From assembly GCA_014905635.1 (NCBI GenBank), contig JABVCE010000009.1:1054001-1118000 (forward strand): a stretch of DNA of 64,000 nucleotides, written 5' to 3'. Within the stretch, counting starts at the first letter, position 1, and each line of letters opens with the position of its first letter. Below are positions 24,682 to 34,580 of the stretch, piece by piece. Source of the stretch: Scenedesmus sp. PABB004 (Eukaryota). The notes beneath the pieces are model-generated. The model worked only from the letters and a program-made list of their open reading frames with translations. It was not told the origin of the DNA and searched no databases. The translations under genes were made by a program, and so were the position numbers.

Positions 24682-26309
24682 ATGCTCGTGCGCCTGGAGC
24701 CGGGCCGGCGCGGGCTCGCGAGCGCGCGGGGGGGCTCGCGGCCTGGTGGGCATCGGCCGCGCCGCCTGGCCTGTGCCGCCAGCCAGCAGCTGGAGCGCCC
24801 CTCGCATCGAACAACGGGTGGCAGCGATGCCGGTGGCGCGCCGGCGCAGCAGCACAGGTGAGAGCGGCGCGGCGGCGAGGGGGCGGCAGCAGCGGGCGCC
24901 GCTGCCGCCGCCGCCCTGCTCGAGGAGACGGCGCCGCGCCCGCCCCGCCCACGTCCCGACCCCGATGCGCCCGATGCGCCCGCAGCGCCTACGCGCCGGC
25001 GCGCGACCAGGCGGTGGCGCCGCAGCCGCGGCGGCCGGGGCTGCTGTCGCGCCCGGAGCGCGCGGCCGGCAGCGGCGGCGGGGGGCAGCAGCCGGCGGCC
25101 GCGCCGGCGCGCGCGCGCCGGCGCGTGCTCCTGGACGATGCCGACGCGCGCATGGCGGCGTTCGACGCGCTCGAGGTGGCGACCACGGTGCCGCACGGCG
25201 TGCGCCGCCCGGAGGCCGCGACGTCGTTCAACGCGGGGCCTGGGCAGGTCCGCAGCGTCCTGGCGGCCAACCTCCGCGCGCTGCGCATCCAGCGGCCTAC
25301 GCCGCTGCAGGGGTGAGCCGGCGCGCCGGCGCGCCGGCGCGGGGGCGCAAGGGGGGCGCGGGAGTAGGGGGCGCGGCGGCGCGCGCAGGCAGCAGCGCGG
25401 CGCCCCGCGCCAGACCTCCACCGCCGCCGCCGCCGCCGCTGCCGCCGGCGCCGGCGCAGGCACATGATCCCAGCCATCCGGGCGGGGTACGACGTGCTGG
25501 CGGCGGGGCCGCCGGGCGCGGGCACGTCCACGGGCGCGCTGCTGGCCGCGGTCGCGCAGCTGCTGCGCACGCCGCGCAGCGTGCCGCGCGGCCGCGCGAT
25601 GCCGCTGTGCTTGGTGCTCTGCCCCAGCCGCGAGCTCGCGGGGCAGCTGGGCGCCGCGGCCGCCGCGCTCGCGGCGCGCACACAGCTCAGCGTGCGCACG
25701 GCGACCGGCGGCGCGCCTATCGCGCAGCAGGTGCGGCGTGCGTGGGCTCATCGCGTGCCGGCGCGCCGGCGCGGCGTCGGCTGGCCACGCGCTTGACGCC
25801 CGCGCGCCGTGCGCCGCCGCAGAAGATGGAGCTGCGGCGCGGCGCCGACCTGCTGATTGCGACGCCCGGGCGGCTGCTGGACCTCCTGGCCGCCAAGGCG
25901 GTCAGCTTGGCTCGGCTGAAGCACCTGGTGCGCGCACAGCAGCGCCTACGCGCCGCGCCGCGGCGCACCCACCGCCGCCACCGCAGCCACGCGCGCCGCG
26001 CGCGGCATGGGGCCACCGCGCTGACGCGGCACCCGCCCGCCCGCCCGCCCGCCCGCAGGTGCTGGAGGAGGTAGATGAGCTGACGGGGCCGCAGCTGCTG
26101 CCCGCGACGCGCCAGCTGCTGCACCACCACAGCCTGCCGCCGCCCGCGCAGCGCCAGACGGTCGCGCTGGCGAGCGCCGCGCTGCACCAGGCGCAGCTGT
26201 TCGCGGCGGCGGCGGACGTGCTGCAGCCGGGCGCGCTGGCCGTGCGCGCCGCCTGGCCGCTGCCGCAGGCGCAGCAGGGCGCGGCGCCGGGCGGGGCAGC
26301 GGGCGGGCG

Positions 26310-26347
<38 letters not shown>

Positions 26348-27279
26348 TGGAGCAGCAGCTCTCAGAGCAGCGGGTGCAGGGCGAGCAGCAGCCGCTGCCG
26401 TTTGGCGCCGCGCCGCTCGCGGCGCTGCTGGCCGACCCGCGCGCGGCGCTCGCGGCCGCGGCGGCCGCCGCCGCGTCGGCCATCCCGCCGAGCGTCGCGC
26501 AGCGCTTTGTCGGCGTCGCGCCGCAGCTGAAGCCGCGCGCGCTGCTCCGCCTGCTCGCCGGCGGCGCCGGCGCTGGCGGCGGCGGGGGGCTGTCGCTCGT
26601 CTTCACCAACTCCCACACCGCCGCGGACGAGGTCTGGGCGGCGCTCGACGCCGCGGGCGTCGCGGCGGGCGTGCTGCACCACGCGCGCAGCCAGGCGCAG
26701 CGCGACGAGGCGCTGCAGTGCTTCCGCTACGGCGTGACGCCGGTGCTCGTCGCGTCGGGCGCCGCCGCGCGCGGGCTCGACCTGCCGGACGTCGCGGCCG
26801 TCATCAGCTACGACGCGCCGCTGAGCGTGGCCGACTACGCGCGGCGTCTCGGGCGCGCGGGCCGCGGGGGGCGCCCCGGCGCGGCGACGACGCTGCTCAC
26901 GCCCGGCGACGCCGCGGCGGCGGCGGGGCTCGCCGCCGTGCTGCGCGCCGGCGGCGGCGCGCCGCCGGACTGGCTCGCCGCGCTCGCTGAGGGCGGCGGC
27001 GGCGGCGGCAGTGGCGGCGGCAGCGGCGGGCCGGCGCCCGGCGGCGGCGAGGCGCCCGCCGGCGGGCGCGTGCGGCGCGGCGGCGGCGGCGAGGCGCCCG
27101 GCGGCGCCGCGCTCTTCAGCGTGGTCGGCGGCCGGCGGCGGCCGCGCCTGGGCGGCTACATGGAGCGCCGGGCGGCGGCGGAGCCGGAGCCGGAGCAGGC
27201 GGCGGCGGCGCAGGAGCCGGCCGAGGGGGCGGCGGAGGCGCAGGCCGAGGGGGCACCGCGGGAGCCGGGCGCCGCGTGA
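24682..27279 (+). CDS. DEAD-box RNA helicase-like protein with degenerate catalytic motifs
   Basis: Q motif PTPLQ, PSRELA, TPGRLLD, ARGLDLPDV, RLGRAGR; motif I reads GAGTS and motif II reads EEVD. Confidence 0.85.
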
Positions 27280-27289
27280 CGGGGCGGCG

Positions 27290-27624
27290 GCGCCGCCGCG
27301 GCAACAGTCCCCGCACCGCCTCCCCGGCGGCCGCCCACACCTCGACACGCGCGAAGAGCTCGTGCAGCACCGCCGTCGGCATCGCGCAACTGCCCGGGCC
27401 CGTCTCTCGCAGCGCGGCCGCGCCGCGGCCTGCGGCGGCCTGCGGGACGCGGGCGCGGCATGTTTGCGGTTGACGGGGCCCGCCGGCGGCCCCCGGCGGC
27501 GCCGGGGCGCGCTGCCGTTCCGGGCGCAGCGGCGCCGGGGCGCCACGGCCGGCGCTGCGCGCCCGCGGCGCGCCCGCGGCGGCCTCAGGTGCGCTCGGGG
27601 CGGCCGGGCGGGCGGTGGGCGGCC
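27290..27624 (+). repeat. 335-bp direct repeat, copy 1 (matches 30151-30485)
   Basis: Identical by eye at an offset of 2861 bp. Confidence 0.92.
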
Positions 27625-27878
27625 TGTGGGTTGAGCTCGGACGGAGCGCCGCCGGGCAGTCGGGGCGTGGAAGCGGCGGCGCAGCGCCGCCGCGGCGCCG
27701 GGGCGCCCCTCTGCTCGCGGCGGCCCTGCACGCGCGCTCATTGGTGCCGGGCTTCTCGCGTTGACGAAAACAGCGCCGCACGCAGCGTCGCTCGCTCGCC
27801 CCAACTGCGCGCTCATCTAGCAGCACCAGCAGCGGCGCAACCCGGCCCCCGCGCGTCGCGACCGACGCGCACGTGGCC

Positions 27879-29213
27879 ATGGCGCCCATGGCGGCCTGCC
27901 GCCGGCCAGCAGCGGCCGCGCGGCCGTGCAGCGCGCGCACGACGCTGCGCGTCTTCGCTGTCGCGGCCGTGAGGCGCAGCGCCAAGGTGCGTCGTCCCGT
28001 ACGTCACGCGCGCATGCCCTCGGAGGCCGCGCGGCAGCCAATGCCGGCCCAGCGCGCCCCGGCCGCCCGCATGCGCACCCGCGCCAGCGCCAGCGAGCCG
28101 TGCCGGCGGCCGTCAATTGCGCGCGACGCCGGACGCGCACGCCGCTCCGGGCCGGGGGCGCACGCGCGTGGCGCGCCCGGCCGCGCCGCCGCTGCTCACG
28201 GGCCGCCGCTGCTGCGCGCGCGCGCAGGCGGTCGTGGTGGAGCCGCGCGAGGGCGGCGTGCTGCAGCTGCAGCCGGTGCAGCCGCAGGTGCCGCTGCCCG
28301 GCGCGCCGACGAGCAGCGCGGCTGCCGAGGAGGAGCGGCTGCGCCTGGCGAAGCGCATCGCGCTGGAGCCGCCGCCGCGCCTCGACGACGACGCCGCGCC
28401 GCCGGCAGACGAGGTGGTGGCGGACGAGCAGCAAGCTGCCACGACGGCGCCGCCCGAGGCGGAGCCGCCCGCAGCGGCGGCGGCCGCCGACCCCCTGCCG
28501 GTGCGCGCCTGGCCCGGCGCCTGCCGCCGCGAGCAGCGAGCGAGCGCGCGCGCGCGCGCCAGCCCCCTCACCCGCCGCCGCCCGCCCGCGCGCGCCAGGC
28601 GGTGGACGCGGCGCTGGTGGTCATGGACTGGGCGCGCCTCCCCGACGGCAGCGAGCCGGCGCACTTTGTGATGCCCGACCCGCTCACCCTGCCGTGCGAG
28701 GGCGACGCGTGGGGCGACGCGCGCGCGGCCGCCGCGGCCTGGGCGGCGGCCGCGGCGCCCCCAGCGCACCGCGACCCCGAGCTGCCCACGCCCCTCGCGA
28801 GCGAGGACGGCGGCGACGCGGCGGCGGAGGGCGCGGGCGAGGGCGCCGGCGGCGCGGCGGGCGACGCCGCAGAGGGCGACGCGCCGGCGCCGCCCGCCGA
28901 CGCGGCGGCGGCGGCGGCGCCCGGCGCGGTGGCCGTCACGTTCCGCGTGCGCGCCAGCGCCGCGTGGGGCGAGCGCGTGTGGCTCGTGGGCGACGCGCCG
29001 GCGCTGGGCAGCTGGGACACGAGCCGCGCGCTGCGGCTGCGCTGGTCGGAGGGCGACGTGTGGCGCGCGACGGCCGAGTTTCAGGCGGGCGCGGCGCTGC
29101 GCTACAAGGCGGTGCTGCAGCGCGGCGATGGGACCTGGAAGTGGCAGTCGGGCCCCGACTTTGAGCTGCGCGTCAAGCCGGGCGTGGCGCCGGCGCAGCA
29201 CGAGTTCAAGTGA
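27879..29213 (+). CDS. CBM20 starch-binding domain protein with transit-peptide-like N-terminus
   Basis: VTFRVRASAAWGERVWLVGDAPALGSWDTSRALRLRWSEGDVW..YKAV..WQSGPD. Confidence 0.88.
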   Translation: MAPMAACRRPAAAARPCSARTTLRVFAVAAVRRSAKVRRPVRHARMPSEAARQPMPAQRAPAARMRTRASASEPCRRPSIARDAGRARRSGPGAHARGAPGRAAAAHGPPLLRARAGGRGGAARGRRAAAAAGAAAGAAARRADEQRGCRGGAAAPGEAHRAGAAAAPRRRRRAAGRRGGGGRAASCHDGAARGGAARSGGGRRPPAGARLARRLPPRAASERARARQPPHPPPPARARQAVDAALVVMDWARLPDGSEPAHFVMPDPLTLPCEGDAWGDARAAAAAWAAAAAPPAHRDPELPTPLASEDGGDAAAEGAGEGAGGAAGDAAEGDAPAPPADAAAAAAPGAVAVTFRVRASAAWGERVWLVGDAPALGSWDTSRALRLRWSEGDVWRATAEFQAGAALRYKAVLQRGDGTWKWQSGPDFELRVKPGVAPAQHEFK

Positions 29214-30150
29214 GCCCCGCAACGCGGCGTGCAGCGGCGAACGAGAAGACGGGGCGCGCGCGCTGGGGCGGCACTGCGGCGGCACAAACGATTGGCCGGC
29301 GGGGCGGAGGGGGCACGGGGGCTTGCAGGAGGCGGCGGCAGCGGCAGGGGGGCGGCTGTGTCCTGCGCAGCGAGCACGCTCCAGCGGGCAGGGGTGGAGG
29401 GGTTGGAAGACCGCCCCTGGCGGCGCGGCTGCAGCGGCGCCTGCCGCGCGCCCAGCCGGGGGCGCCGCCAGGGCGCGGAGGGGTGGGGGGAGTCGCCGCG
29501 ACGGCGCGTGCCCCGGCCCCGGCGCAGAGCGCAGGGCGGGCACTCGTGTGCAGCTGTCTGGGCGCGCCCTCATGCAGGGCGCGCCGCCGCCGCCGCAACC
29601 GCTGCCGGCGCGCCACCCTGGTGCGCGCGCCCGGCGGCCGGCGGCCCATTCGTTTTGATTGCCCACTGCACACGCTCTTGCGCAGGCACACCAACAGCGC
29701 CCCCGCGGCCTGCAGTGCCTCGCGGCTCCCTAGCTAGCTCTTACGCGCCTCGAGCGCACGCCCCGACCAGCCTGGGCTGACGCGCTCGCCGGCGCCCGCG
29801 CGCGCGCGGGCGCGCCGGCGGCGCTTGTACGTGTATCGCGCGCTCGCTGGGGCCAACGCACGTGTGTCACTGTGTCACTGTGCTGCTGTGTTGTTGTGTG
29901 GTCGCGCCAGCAGGCGGCGGCCGCGCGCGCCGAGGCAGGCGCGCGCAGCCGCTCTGCCACCGGCTCTTCGTGTTGGTGTGACGGCGGTGTTTGCAGGGGC
30001 GGCGGCGGATCCGGCCACGGTGTGGCGTGTGTCCTGCGGTGTGCGGCCTGCGTGGCGGTAAGGGCACGGCCGTGATCGGCGCCCGCCGGCGGCTGAGCCG
30101 CCGCGCTTGGACCCTTCTGCTGCCTGACTTCTCCCTCACCCCATCGCCCC

Positions 30151-30485
30151 GCGCCGCCGCGGCAACAGTCCCCGCACCGCCTCCCCGGCGGCCGCCCACA
30201 CCTCGACACGCGCGAAGAGCTCGTGCAGCACCGCCGTCGGCATCGCGCAACTGCCCGGGCCCGTCTCTCGCAGCGCGGCCGCGCCGCGGCCTGCGGCGGC
30301 CTGCGGGACGCGGGCGCGGCATGTTTGCGGTTGACGGGGCCCGCCGGCGGCCCCCGGCGGCGCCGGGGCGCGCTGCCGTTCCGGGCGCAGCGGCGCCGGG
30401 GCGCCACGGCCGGCGCTGCGCGCCCGCGGCGCGCCCGCGGCGGCCTCAGGTGCGCTCGGGGCGGCCGGGCGGGCGGTGGGCGGCC
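30151..30485 (+). repeat. 335-bp direct repeat, copy 2 (upstream region, exon 1 and donor site of the second CBM20 gene)
   Basis: Contains ATG 30321 and donor CAG|GTGCGC. Confidence 0.92.
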
Positions 30486-32345
30486 GGAGGGCGCGCTGCT
30501 GCGCGCGAGCAGGTGGCGGCTAGGTCTTGACCGCGGCCGCCGCCCGCCCCCGCCGCAGGCGGCGCGCGGCAGCCCCGCCGTCCGCTTCACCAGCGAGAAG
30601 GCCGCCAGCCGCCTTGCGGAGGAGGCACAGCAGCAGCAGGCGCAGCAGCCGGAGCCGTCGTACACGGTCGTGCAGCCCACCACCGCGCCGGCGCCGCGGC
30701 GCGGCGCCGGCGCCGCCCCGGATGAGGCCGCCGACAAGGAGGTTAGGTGCGTGGCCGCGCGGGCGCTGCGACAGCGGCTGCCGCGCCCCGGGGTGGCGTC
30801 CTCGGGGGGGGGGGGGGGGGGCGACCGCGCCGCGCCGCCCGCCGCGCGCGCGCGCAGGGAGCTGCTGCGCCGCAACGCGGCGACAGAGACGCTCATCCAG
30901 GTCCGCGCCGTGCGCATCGAGGCGCTCCGCGCCGCCCTCGCGGCACGCGACCTCACAGCGCCGGGCATGGGCGGCGCGGAGCCGATGGCCGAGGCGAGCC
31001 TCGACGCGCAGCTGCCCGAGCGCCTCGTGTGCGACCGCACCGGCACCAGGTGCGCGCGCGCCCTGGCCGGCCGCGCGCAGAGCTCTGCGCGCGGGGCCGC
31101 CCGCCGCGCCGCGCCGCCGTCCCGCGCCGCCGTCCCACGCCGCCGCCCGCCGCCCGGACGCAGCGGCGCGTGCGCCGACTTTCGGGGCGCCGCGCTGCGC
31201 AGCCTCAACGCGTCACTGGTGGCGCTCAGCCGCGCGCAAAACGTGCAGATCCTGGCCATGGAGGCGGCGCTCGGCGCGGCCGGCGCGCCGCTGCCGCGCC
31301 GCACGCTCTCGAGCGCGAGCGCCAGCCTCAGCGGCAGCGTCAGCGGCCTCGCGTCGGGCTCGATGGGCGCGGACGGCAGCCAGGGCAGCGGCCGCGGCGG
31401 CGGCGGCCCGTTGCCACGCAGCCTGCGCAGCGGCGCGAGCCACCGCCCGCAGCAGACGCGGCCGCACACGCTGCGCTGCGCGTTTGGCGTGCGCTGCGTG
31501 ACGCGGCCAGGCGAGAACGTGCTGCTCGTGGGCAGCCACCCGGGCCTGGGCGGCTGGGACATCGACCACGCGCTGCCACTGACGTGGACGGACGGCCACG
31601 TCTGGCGCGGCGAGGTGAGCTGCACGTCCAGCGACTACTACAGCTATCACCTCATCGCCTTCAAGGTGCGCGCGACAGCCGGCGGCGTCGCCGGCATTGC
31701 CGGCCCGGCGGCCGGGCCGCCTGGCGGGCGGGCGCGCCCCGGGGCGCGGAGCGCCGCCGGCCGCCGCCGCCGACCGCCGCCGACGCCCCCGCGCGCGCGC
31801 AGGCGGTGCTGCAGCGCCGCGACGGCCGGCTCGAGTGGCAGGCGGGGCGCGAGCGCGAGGTGCTGCTGGGCTCGACGTGCGGGCACCACGTCAGGCCCTG
31901 CGCCACGGAGCTGGACTTTGCCGGCGGGTGCGCGGCCGAGGGGCGCCCGTGCGCCTGCGGCCACCCGCCCGCCCGCTCCGCCCACCGCCGCGCCGCCCAC
32001 CGCCGCGCCGCCCACCGCCGCGCCGCCCACTGCCGCGCCGCCCACCGCCGCGCCGCCCACCGCCGCGCCCGCCGCGCCGCCGCGCCGCGCAGGGCGGAGC
32101 CGAGCGCGCTGCCGCTGAACTACGGCGAGGCGTGCGGGTGCTTGTACGACACGCTGTACGACGTGGACGTGCCAGAGATGTACGGCCGCCGCCGCGCGGC
32201 GGCAGAGGTCGACGCCGCTGTGGCTCGCCTGCGCGACGAGCTGCAGCGCGCCGGCGCCGCGCGCCCGCGCGGCGTGGCCGCCGTGGCGGCCGAGGCTGCG
32301 GCGCCGCTGGCGGGCGTGTTTGCGCGCATCATGGCGTCGCGCTGA
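30321..32345 (+). CDS. Second CBM20 starch-binding domain protein
   Basis: FGVRCVTRPGENVLLVGSHPGLGGWDIDHALPLTWTDGHVW..FK|AVLQRRDGRLEWQAG; several introns. Confidence 0.82.
31980..32068. repeat. 15-bp minisatellite (CCCACCGCCGCGCCG) x about 6, probably intronic
   Basis: Direct reading. Confidence 0.85.
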
Positions 32346-33711
32346 GCCACGCACGGCGCGCGTCGGGCGTGACGCGCGGAGGTTCGGACGGAGCGCTCGC
32401 GCCGCGCCGCGCCGCGCGCGCTGGCCCGGGGCCTGGGCCTGCTGCCGAGAGCTTGCTGCTGGCCTGGGATGCCGCGGCGCGCGCCGCGCAAGGCAGAACC
32501 AAGCGTGGGCGAGCGGCCAGGCGCAGCGGCCAGGCGCGGCCGCCGCATTGTGCGGCCGCGCTGGCGAGCACGCTTGCCGCCATTGCGCGTTGGCGGGGAG
32601 GGGGGGGGCACGCACATGGCTGCGTGCCTGCGTCCGTGCTCTCGCGCGTGCGCTTGACCGCGCGGCGCAACGCGTGGCGGCGGGCGGCGTGCGGCTGTTG
32701 TTGTGTGCGTGCGTTCATGCGGCCAGGCACGCCCCCCAAACCGATTCATGAGCAGCGCAGGGGGGCGGTGCTGGCGCGGGGCAGGTGCGCAGCAGGTGCG
32801 CGCGGGGGCGCGGGTGCAGCCACCCGCGCCGTGCGCCCATTAGGCGCAGCAGCTGCGGGCGGGCGGGCGGGGGCTGGGCCCTGGGCGGCGCAGGCGGCCG
32901 CTGGGGTGCGTGCATTCCACGCCAGGGGCATTGGCGGCACGGACGCGGGGGCGGCGAACGGCGAACGCGAACGGCGGCCAGCGCCAGCGCGCACACGGCT
33001 GCCCGGCAGAGCAACGCGGCGGCCCCAGCGCGCGGACACGCCGCCGGGAGGCAGCGCCTCGGGGGGCGGGCCCCGAGGGTGAACCCTATCTGCGATCTGG
33101 GTGCTGCGACCAGCTTCCTTGCACCCGGACCTTTTATTTGAATGCGCGGCGCGCCCGGCGCCCGGCGGCGGGGTCTGCGAGACGACCCACACCGCGCCGG
33201 GCGCGCCGCGCGCTGTACACCACGCCACCGCAGCGACTGCCAGCTATTGTGCTGTCTGCCTCTCTTTTTGCCTTTGCCTTTCGACGAACAACGCACGCGC
33301 GCGCGGAGGGCGGGCGGCGCCGCCGGCGGCTGTGTCGGACCGATGCGCGCGCGCGCGACGCGCCGGCGGCCGGCCCGTCTCGCGCAGCGGCTGGAGCTCC
33401 CCTGTATTTCACCGCCGCCCGGCGGGCGGCGGTGGCGGTTTTGACGGAGCGGAACGGGCGGCCCCGAGCGCGCCCCGGCGTAAAAAACCCCTCGATCGAC
33501 GCCGCGCGCAGTCAGCGCGGAACGGGATCTGCCGCGTGATGCGGTGCCCTGCCGGCCGCAGCCCGCCCGCCCCCGCGACGTGCAAGCGGCGCTCGTGCCA
33601 CCTCCTGCGCGGACCCGCAGTTGATCAGCATAGATCAGCAGGTCACCAGGGCCGGAGCAGCGGCGGCGAACGCTCCAGCTTCGCGCCCCGCTCCGAGACG
33701 CTTCCGGAGCG

Positions 33712-34379
33712 ATGTGGGAGCGCCTGTGTCGGGCGCTCAGGTGCGTGGAGAGCGCGACGCAGGCGCGCCCGAGCTCTGCGCACTCCCGCCGCTGCCGCTG
33801 CCGCCGCTGCCGCTGCGCAGGCGCCTGCTCGCGTGCGGCGCCGGCGGCGCGGATGGCCCTGCCAAGCCCGGCCTCGTCGCTGACTGCGAGGTCAAGGTGC
33901 GCGCCACGCAAGGGCGAGCAAGGGCGAGCTGCACGCTGCCGGCCAGCGCGCGACGGCGCCCCGCCCCGCGCGGACGCGCGCAGGTGGTGGTGGCGGCGGC
34001 GCGCGGCGGGGGGGCCCAGGTGCCGCCCGAGGTCTTCACGCGCCGATACGGCACGGTGGTGCCGCACGACGTCACGGCGCGCGAGGCGGTGTGCCTGACC
34101 TCGAGCGTGGCGGTGCTGGGCGACGCGCGGCAGTCGGGCGGCGACTCGTGCATCACCGGCGACGTGTTTGTCGCGGGCGACGTCGACGTGGCGGGCAGCC
34201 CGTGCGTGACAGGCAGCGTGGTCGTGCTGGGCAGCGCGCGCGTCAAGGGCCAGGTGTGCGTGACGGGCGACCTCTTTGTGGGCCGGGACCTCGCGGTCGT
34301 GGGCAGGCTTCACGTCGGCGGCCGGCTCTGCGTGTGGGGGTCCAAGGACGTGCAGCCCGGCGCGCCGGTGGAGGGCTAG
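33712..34379 (+). CDS. Small protein with Val/Gly-rich six-residue beta-helix repeats (bactofilin-like)
   Basis: MWERLCRALR|RLLACG..EVK|VVV..ITGDVFVAGDVDVAGSPCVTGSVVVLGSARVKGQVCVTGDLFVGRDLAVVGRLHVGGRLCVWG. Confidence 0.65.
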
Positions 34380-34580
34380 GCACCGGCGGCGCTGGCAGTG
34401 GGGGGGAGGTGGTGTTGGTGGGCGGCCGAGCACGCGAGTTTGCGGCAGGCACCGCGGCCTGGCGCGAGCAACCGGACTGTCGCGGCCCTGGCGCACACAG
34501 GAAACCTCTCAGTTGGTTGTCCTGGCAGCTGCGACCGCACGCGCCGCACGCACGCCAGCACCCCGCGGCCGCCGCCGGCG

